NCBI GenBank assembly: GCA_021776095.1
Contig: JAJFGO010000055.1
Coordinates: 7,551 to 71,550, forward strand
DNA from: Kiloniellaceae bacterium
GTDB lineage: Bacteria > Pseudomonadota > Alphaproteobacteria > Kiloniellales > J153
DNA: 64,000 nt
Direction of reading: 5' to 3'
Both the position numbers and the translations under genes were made by a program. Within the stretch, counting starts at the first letter, position 1, and each line of letters opens with the position of its first letter. The notes beneath the pieces were generated by a model. It did not search any database. It worked only from the letters and a program-made list of their open reading frames with translations, and had not been told where the DNA came from. This document shows, piece by piece, positions 57,605 through 64,000 of the stretch.

Positions 57605-58705
57605 GTGACCCGAGGCGGTGAAATTCTGCTCGGGGTCCTGCGCGACCCGCGGCACGTCCTAGACCTTGGCCCGGCCGACTGGAACGCCTTAATGGCTTGC
57701 GCCGGGCGCCATACCTTGCTCGGGCGCCTAGCTGTCGTTCTCGAGGATGCCGGCTTGCTGGCGGAACTCCCCCAGATCGCTCAAGATTTGCTGGCCGACT
57801 CCGCCGCCATGGCGAAGGCCAATCAGACCATGCAACGTTACGAGGCAAACCGGGTGCAGCATGCCCTGCGGGGGATGGATATCCCGGTGGTGCTGCTCAA
57901 GGGCGGTGCCTATCTGCTGGCCGGCTTGCCGCCATCGCGCGGCCGGCTGTCCGGCGATCTGGACATACTGGTGCCGCGCGAGCGCATCGAACAGGTTGAG
58001 CACGCTTTGCTGGAGCAGGGCTGGCAGAGCCCGGCCATGAACGCCTACGACCAACGCTATTACCGGGAATGGAGCCATCAGATCCCGCCTTTGCGCCACC
58101 TCGAGCGGAAGAGCGAACTGGACGTTCATCACACCATCGCCCCGCCGACCGGCCGCGCCGGCCCGGATACCCAGGCAATTCTGCGCGATGCCCAGCCATT
58201 GAAGGACGGCGGCCTGCGCGTGCTCTGCCCCCCCGACATGGTGCTGCACAGCGCCGTGCATTTGTTCAACGAGCAGATGATCATGGCCCTGCGCGACCTG
58301 ATCGATATGCACGATCTGCTCAGCCACTTTGGCGGCGACGAGGCTTTTTGGCCGGAATTGGTAAGCCACGCCGCCACGCATAATTTGCAGGGCCCGTTGT
58401 ATTATTGCACCCGCTATTGCCGCCGCTTCTTGGGGACATCCATACCGGCCGGGGCCCTGAGCGAAATCGAGGCCTTTGCGCCCAATCCGCTCGCACGCCG
58501 GGTCATGGATTGGCTGGTCGCCGCGACCTTGGTGCACGAGCCCCCGGACCGCCAATCGCCGGGGGCAGCGTTTGCGCGTTGGCTCTTATTTGTGCGATCG
58601 CATTGGCTGCGCATGCCGCCGGGCATGCTGATCCGTCACATCCTGGTCAAGACCTTCCGCCGCGCGCGGCCCGATCCCGAGTCCGAGCCCTTGCCGCAAC
58701 CTTGA
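57605..58705 (+). CDS. Uncharacterised nucleotidyltransferase-family protein (NTP_transf_5-like)
   Basis: LKGGAYLL...SGDLDILVP...ELDVHHTI pattern. Probable GTG start 3 nt after the kinase stop. Confidence 0.7.
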   Translation: MTRGGEILLGVLRDPRHVLDLGPADWNALMACAGRHTLLGRLAVVLEDAGLLAELPQIAQDLLADSAAMAKANQTMQRYEANRVQHALRGMDIPVVLLKGGAYLLAGLPPSRGRLSGDLDILVPRERIEQVEHALLEQGWQSPAMNAYDQRYYREWSHQIPPLRHLERKSELDVHHTIAPPTGRAGPDTQAILRDAQPLKDGGLRVLCPPDMVLHSAVHLFNEQMIMALRDLIDMHDLLSHFGGDEAFWPELVSHAATHNLQGPLYYCTRYCRRFLGTSIPAGALSEIEAFAPNPLARRVMDWLVAATLVHEPPDRQSPGAAFARWLLFVRSHWLRMPPGMLIRHILVKTFRRARPDPESEPLPQP

Positions 58706-60014
58706 TGCCGGAAAGCACTGCAACGACCGAGGCCGCTAACGCGAGTCCGATCAGATCCGCCACCAGATCCGGAACCGCGCTGTTGCGGCTGACGACAAAC
58801 CATTGCAGGCTTTCGGTAGCCAGGGCGAAGCTTGACAGACAGACCAAGCGGCCAGCCCAGGGCGCCTGGGGAAACGCGGCAAAGCCAGCAAGGCCGAGCA
58901 GGAAGAACGCGGCGAAATGGCCAATCTGCTTTGGATTGAAGGGATAATCGATCTGCGGCGGTGCCCGTGCGGCAGAAGTTTCCGCGGTCGCGTTGGCGGT
59001 TTCGGATTCGGATTCGACTTCGGCGCGCCCTTCGGACCGGTCCTTCGGCGGAGTCTGTCCTGAGCCGTTTGCGGCGCTGGTTTTCGGCGCGGCATTTGAC
59101 GGCGCGGTCCCGAGATCCTTAGCAAGGTCGCGCGGCTCCGCTGTGCCGGGCGGAGTTCGGATCCAGCTCCGCAGCCGGTCGACAGTGTAGTCGGCCACCG
59201 CCAAGGCCAGCCCCTCAAGTGGCGCCGTGACGCTGCGAAAATAGGGCTGTGGGGTTAGGGTTCCAACCAGCGCAAAGACCATCAGACCGAGCAATAGGCC
59301 AGCGCGCAGGCGACTTGTCACCCGGCGAAGCAGCGCGCGTGCGAGGAACAAGCCGCCGACCACCCAGGCCAGAACCAAGGCTCCCCTCATGAACACGAAG
59401 GCCGGCCGCTCGCTTAGGGCAGCAACTTCCGGCGCCCCGGCCCGCAGCACACCCGATTCGGCCCCATTGTAAATGCGCAGGACCGCGTGCTTGGGGCCAG
59501 CTTCGATCGGCAAAACCGCCGTGACCGGACTGAACGGCTGGTCGCTCGACAGGACCGCGACCTCTCTCGGCCAATACCATAGAAAATCACCGGACTGACC
59601 GAACCCCAGGAGCTCAACCTTCGCGGTCTGCCAAGACCGTCGGCCGGGCCTAAGCTTCTCGGCGCCAAGCTTGAGGGTAATGCGAAGGGCATCGACATTG
59701 GGCGGCAACGCAACGGGCGCCTGCAGCACGGCGGATTGGCCAGCGCCTCTGGGCATGAGACGCGCGATGACCATATCGGCCTCCTCATCGAACGTGATTC
59801 CGGCCGTCGTCTGCTGCCAGAGTCGCAGGTCCAGCGGCGGCGCGACTCCGGCAGTGACCTCGGCAGGTGCATCGACATAGCGGGCAGCGGTATTGAGGAC
59901 GCCATAGCTCGCTGCACAAAGTACCGCCAAGGCTAAGATAAACCCCAGGGGCCAGGGCCGGTCAGCAATCCATTGGCAACGCAAAGCGTTTAGCACCCTA
60001 TCCATAGCCACCAA
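58647..60014 (-). CDS. Large membrane protein with C-terminal VanZ-like domain
   Basis: GHFAAFFLLGLAG...ATESLQWFVVSRNSAVPDLVADLIGLALA is VanZ-like. The N-terminal ~300 aa are unrecognised. The 3' end overlaps the convergent nucleotidyltransferase gene by 59 nt. Confidence 0.6.
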   Translation of the reverse strand: MVAMDRVLNALRCQWIADRPWPLGFILALAVLCAASYGVLNTAARYVDAPAEVTAGVAPPLDLRLWQQTTAGITFDEEADMVIARLMPRGAGQSAVLQAPVALPPNVDALRITLKLGAEKLRPGRRSWQTAKVELLGFGQSGDFLWYWPREVAVLSSDQPFSPVTAVLPIEAGPKHAVLRIYNGAESGVLRAGAPEVAALSERPAFVFMRGALVLAWVVGGLFLARALLRRVTSRLRAGLLLGLMVFALVGTLTPQPYFRSVTAPLEGLALAVADYTVDRLRSWIRTPPGTAEPRDLAKDLGTAPSNAAPKTSAANGSGQTPPKDRSEGRAEVESESETANATAETSAARAPPQIDYPFNPKQIGHFAAFFLLGLAGFAAFPQAPWAGRLVCLSSFALATESLQWFVVSRNSAVPDLVADLIGLALAASVVAVLSGIKVAARARTRDRAARGGRS

Positions 60015-60470
60015 TATAAGAACTAAGAAAATTAAGTATAGTAAATAAAACGTGTTGAGACATTAAGCTTAACAACTAACTACTTTTCCATTTATTTTTC
60101 CGCATATCTATGTTATATAGTTTGTCGAATTTAAAGGCTCTTAGGGCAATGTTACCTGTAGGGGAGCCTTCACGGTTGAAGGCGATGAGGGAACAATGGG
60201 AGGGCGCACGCCATCGGGCGTGGTGGGAGTACAAGAAAATCCCAAGGCCGAATACTTGGAGTGCACTTGGCGCCAATTCATGTTTGGTTAGTCGAGTCCT
60301 TTCGAAACGGACATGGGGGTCCCCAAGTTAAGTCCATTATCAGTCAACGGTCTTGCGTTTAGCCTCATTTGAAGTGCATGGTTCATTTGTTATCTTTGTT
60401 TTGTGTGGCCGATTCCCTCTTTGGAGCACGTCGGCTTAGGAATGTTAAGCGATCATCCGGAGACCACCCG

Positions 60471-61103
60471 ATGTCATTTGGCCTGACCGACTTTGGAAAA
60501 TCCCTGCGGCGACTGGCTGTCGTCGCTGTGTTTGCGCTTGGCGCCTGCTCCGGGCACCAGGAACTACCCGGGGTCGGCGAAGCCGAAGCGGGTAGCGAGC
60601 CCCTTTACAAGATCGGCCCGGGCGACAGTCTACAGATATTCGTGTGGCGCAATCCGGATCTTGGTATTTCGGTTCCAGTCCGCCCGGACGGTCGCATTTC
60701 CGTGCCGCTCTTGGAAGACATCGTCGCCGCCGGAAAAACGGCGACCGATTTATCCCGCGAGATCGAAGGAAAGTTGGGCGAATATATCCAGGATCCCCTG
60801 GTGACCGTGATTATCACGGGCTTCATCGGGAACTACACCGAGCAGGTCCGGATTGTCGGCCAGGCGACAAATCCACAGGCGATCCCGTATCGCGCTAAGA
60901 TGACCTTGCTGGACGCCATGATCTCGGTCGGCGGGCTGGCGGAATTCGCGGCCGGTAATCGGGCCACCTTGGTGCGCCGGGTGGGCGGCGAACAAAAGCA
61001 ATACCGCCTGCGCATCGCCGATCTGATCAAGGACGGCGATATTTCGGCGAACGCCGACCTTTTACCGGGCGACGTCATCATTATCCCGGAGAGCGTTTTC
61101 TAG
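60471..61103 (+). CDS. Polysaccharide export outer-membrane lipoprotein (Wza/EpsA-like, PEP-CTERM-locus type)
   Basis: Start MSFGL. Lipobox FALGAC. YKIGPGDSLQIFVW Poly_export motif. SLBB-like C-terminus GDVIIIPES. Confidence 0.85.
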   Translation: MSFGLTDFGKSLRRLAVVAVFALGACSGHQELPGVGEAEAGSEPLYKIGPGDSLQIFVWRNPDLGISVPVRPDGRISVPLLEDIVAAGKTATDLSREIEGKLGEYIQDPLVTVIITGFIGNYTEQVRIVGQATNPQAIPYRAKMTLLDAMISVGGLAEFAAGNRATLVRRVGGEQKQYRLRIADLIKDGDISANADLLPGDVIIIPESVF

Positions 61104-61341
61104 CGGAAACGTAGTAAGAGGAGCGAGTTCGCACAGGGGAAAACGGGAGCATGATCGCGAGGCAAGGTTCTCGCGCGTGATCGCGCCTCGATTGGGATAG
61201 CCCGATGCTGGCCTCATAGCCTGATTGTCAGGCCCCGGATAGAATACGGCACCGTATCTCTGGCAACGAAACGCAAGACGACTTGAATTTGGTGAAGACG
61301 TCCTTCGTTGATTTGAGCTTGAACATAGTCAGGTAGGCTAT

Positions 61342-62988
61342 ATGGCGGAAATCATCACACAACTCCTGACCCACGCCTTTGCGGCGTGGCGGAACCGGGG
61401 TTACGCGATTGCGGTTGCTTGGGTCGTGGCCCTGGGATCTTGGACTGCGGTATCCCTCTTGCCCGACAGCTTTCGCTCGGAAGCGGTCGTTCATGTCGAC
61501 ACGGCGAGCATTTTGGAGCCCTTGCTCCGCGGCTTGACCGTCGATCTCGATCGCGTGTCGGAAATCGGGCTCATGCAGAAGACCCTGTTGAGCAGACCCA
61601 ACATCGAAAGGGTGATACGCGACACAGATCTGGATCTTAAAGCACGCAGTGTGTCGGACAGCGAAAGGCTGATTGAGGACCTCGCAGGCCGGATCAAGGT
61701 GGAGCGGCAAGGTCAGCGACAGGGCTTGGATCTCTTTGCCATCTCCTTCAAAGACAAGAACCCGCAATTGGCGCACGACGTGGTTCAGTCCCTGCTGACC
61801 ATCTTCGTCGAAAGCAATCTGGGGCAAAGCCGGGGCGATATGGATACGGCGCGTCGCTTCATCGAAGACCAGATCATCCTCTACGAGACGAGGCTCGCGG
61901 AGGCCGAGCGCCGCATCTCCGAATTCCGCCAGGCAAACATCGGCCTCTTGCCACGCGACGGGGCTCAGACACGAACCCTCGAAGCCACACAAGACCGTTT
62001 GGCGGACGTGGAGGCGGATTTGCGCGACGCGCAATTGCGGCGCACGACACTGCTACGCGAGCTCAAGAGTATCCCACGCTTCTTTGCCGCCGAATCCGGC
62101 TCTGGGTTTGGCGCCGGACCGCCCACGGATACCGCCGTGCAGATCCTCGAAGCCCAATCGGTGCTCGACAACCTCTTGGCCAGCTATACTGAGAAACACC
62201 CCGATGTCGTCGTCGCGAAACGGCGCCTGGAGACCCTGTTCGAACAACAGAAGAAAGAGCTTCAGGCAGCAGCCGCCGCCCTCGATGCGGGGCCGCAGAC
62301 CAGCGAAGAGCCGGTGGAAGCAACCGGCATTTCGAATCCGATCTACGAACAGATAAAGATCCAGGTGGTCGAGGCAGAAGCCAAGGTGACGTCGCTCAAA
62401 GACAAGGTGGCCAATGTCACCAAGGACGTGGAGCGGGCCAGGAAAACGGCATCGCGCGGACCTGAGTTGGAAGTCGAATTGGCCCGGTTGAACCGCGACC
62501 ACGAGGTTTTGATGGTCAGCTACAATCGGCTCGTGGCCAGCCGCGAGACCGAGCAAATTTCGCGGGCGCGTGAAAACCAGGCCGAATCGATCCAGTTCCG
62601 CGTGGTGGAACCGCCGACAGTCCCCACTCTCCCTGCCGGTCTTAATCGGCTCTTGTTGCTTGTGATCTCACTCGTTGTAAGTCTTGCTTCCGGCATCGGC
62701 GTCGCCGTGCTACTTGCGTTGTCGAGCGAGACCTTCACCAGCACGGCCGAGCTGAAGGCCGTTTTAGGCGTCCCTGTTCTGGGCAGTGTCTCGATCACCG
62801 AAAATACTGGCGGCGGCATTCTATCCCATGGCAAATCGGTGTTGTTTTGGGCCATGACCTTTGCCCTTTTCGCAACCTTTGCCGCCTTATGGTTCATTGA
62901 AGTCCGGCTTGGATTGAACGATTTCGCAATGGGTGGATTGCTGGACCGCTTGCCCGCCAGTATCTTGCAGCGCCTGCCGGTATTTTGA
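61342..62988 (+). CDS. Polysaccharide chain-length determinant (Wzz/GumC-like)
   Basis: N-terminal TM + Wzz motif (FRSEAVVHVD), long coiled-coil, C-terminal TM segments. Confidence 0.8.
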   Translation: MAEIITQLLTHAFAAWRNRGYAIAVAWVVALGSWTAVSLLPDSFRSEAVVHVDTASILEPLLRGLTVDLDRVSEIGLMQKTLLSRPNIERVIRDTDLDLKARSVSDSERLIEDLAGRIKVERQGQRQGLDLFAISFKDKNPQLAHDVVQSLLTIFVESNLGQSRGDMDTARRFIEDQIILYETRLAEAERRISEFRQANIGLLPRDGAQTRTLEATQDRLADVEADLRDAQLRRTTLLRELKSIPRFFAAESGSGFGAGPPTDTAVQILEAQSVLDNLLASYTEKHPDVVVAKRRLETLFEQQKKELQAAAAALDAGPQTSEEPVEATGISNPIYEQIKIQVVEAEAKVTSLKDKVANVTKDVERARKTASRGPELEVELARLNRDHEVLMVSYNRLVASRETEQISRARENQAESIQFRVVEPPTVPTLPAGLNRLLLLVISLVVSLASGIGVAVLLALSSETFTSTAELKAVLGVPVLGSVSITENTGGGILSHGKSVLFWAMTFALFATFAALWFIEVRLGLNDFAMGGLLDRLPASILQRLPVF

Positions 62989-63066
62989 GATGGCGGCGAC
63001 AAACAGCCCCATCCAAAGAGGGGGCCAAGAGCTGTTCATTGGTGTAACAACCCGTTCGGGGTCAGG

Positions 63067-64000
63067 ATGAACGAAACGCGAGAAAAAGTTGGTCAACCGG
63101 GATGGCGCGAGCGCCTGCCGTTGATTGAGCGCGCCGTCGGTTCGATTCGGCCAGGCGACGCTCCGAAGCCGGCTCGGCCTCAGGGCACGCCCACACCCGC
63201 CAGGCCTCCGGTCGGACCGGCCCAGCCCCCCCACGCAGCCTCGGCCCCCGCGGCAAGCCACGAAGGCCCTGCCGCCGCGCGGACCAGCCGCTACGCCGAG
63301 ATCGACCTAGAAAGGCTCAAGGAATTGGGGATCCTTACGCCCAACTCCGCGCGAAGCCGAATCCAGGAAGAATTCAGAGTCATCAAACGGGGCATCTTGC
63401 AACACGCCTTCGATCGAAGCGCGCGGAATCCGGGGATGCCTAACAATCTGGTCATGGTCACCAGCGCCAAACAGAACGAAGGCAAGACCTTCACGGCCGT
63501 AAATTTGGCCATAAGCGTCGCCCTGGAACGCGACTATACGGTCCTTCTGGTCGACGGGGATTTTGCCCGTCCCAGCGTCTTAAACACGCTCGGTCTGGAA
63601 TCGACAAAGGGCATGATCGATATTCTGGAAGATCCCTCGATAGACATGGCGGATGTTATGATTCGCACCAATATCGACAAGCTTTCGGTTCTCCCGGCAG
63701 GCTCCCTGCACAACTTGAGCACGGAACTTCTGGCCAGTCACCAAATGAGTAAGTTGGTGACGGACATCGCCCAGCGTTATCACGACCGGATTGTGATATT
63801 CGACGCGCCGCCGATTCTGGCGACCAGTGAACCTTGTGCCCTGGCCATGCATGTCGGTCAGGTCATCATGGTGGTGGAAGCGGAGAAGACGCCTAAATCG
63901 GCGGTCAAGGAAGCCTTGAGCATGATCGACACCGGCGCGCGTATTGGCGTGGTCTTGAACCGCTGTTCGTCGCGCGCGCGGCAAGCCCAGTTCGGCAGCT
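63067..64000 (+). CDS. Exopolysaccharide tyrosine autokinase (BY-kinase, EpsG-like), 3'-truncated by window edge
   Basis: Hand-translated from ATG 63067: MNETREKVGQPGW...VMVTSAKQNEGKTFTAVNLA (Walker A), VLLVDGDFARP (A'), IVIFDAPP (Walker B). Absent from the ORF track because no stop lies in the window. Confidence 0.8.
   Translation, partial: MNETREKVGQPGWRERLPLIERAVGSIRPGDAPKPARPQGTPTPARPPVGPAQPPHAASAPAASHEGPAAARTSRYAEIDLERLKELGILTPNSARSRIQEEFRVIKRGILQHAFDRSARNPGMPNNLVMVTSAKQNEGKTFTAVNLAISVALERDYTVLLVDGDFARPSVLNTLGLESTKGMIDILEDPSIDMADVMIRTNIDKLSVLPAGSLHNLSTELLASHQMSKLVTDIAQRYHDRIVIFDAPPILATSEPCALAMHVGQVIMVVEAEKTPKSAVKEALSMIDTGARIGVVLNRCSSRARQAQFGS

Noticed and set aside
60076-60331. Two small ORFs (66 and 73 aa) in the AT-rich region before the EPS export gene.
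   Set aside because: They overlap each other on opposite strands. Their composition is atypical for this genome, with no ribosome-binding site and no motif.

Overview
High-GC (mid-60s % by eye) chromosomal window with alphaproteobacterial gene content and order, possibly Rhodospirillales-like. No search or computation was possible. All family calls come from reading motifs in the supplied translations, and all coordinates were hand-counted. About two thirds is housekeeping: SpoU methyltransferase, citramalate/isopropylmalate synthase family, cysS, nadE, class II DAHP synthase, gor, gabD, glmS-glmU, gph, tRNA-Val(CAC), phaZ, cytochrome c, and a sulfate-assimilation block cysH / cysG-DUF2849-cysI-DUF934. 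Five things stand out. (1) A ~225-nt 5' leader is duplicated in front of cysH and of the cysG operon. It has a terminator/antiterminator architecture and looks like an undescribed cis-regulatory RNA. (2) A Lap-like type I secretion module covers 42.8-55.4 kb. It has TolC, a C39-like ABC transporter, HlyD, a LapG-type transglutaminase-like cysteine protease, and a small RTX protein with an N-terminal TAAG site and a ~70-residue (PE)n stalk. The expected LapD GGDEF-EAL receptor is replaced by a transmembrane PAS protein with a degenerate HD-GYP domain (HD replaced by SQ). (3) An HprK-related-kinase-A / PqqD / nucleotidyltransferase cassette lies at 56.0-58.7 kb. It is preceded by a small Tat-signal protein ending in Ser, a candidate modified peptide substrate, and sits next to a PEP-CTERM-style exopolysaccharide export locus. 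(4) A two-gene unit at 15.5-19.1 kb pairs a membrane-anchored protein, whose trypsin-fold domain appears catalytically dead, with a HerA/DUF87 ATPase. (5) There are several families of palindromic or TIR-bounded intergenic repeats and sharply AT-rich islands. No CRISPR array, rRNA, transposase or integrase gene was seen.
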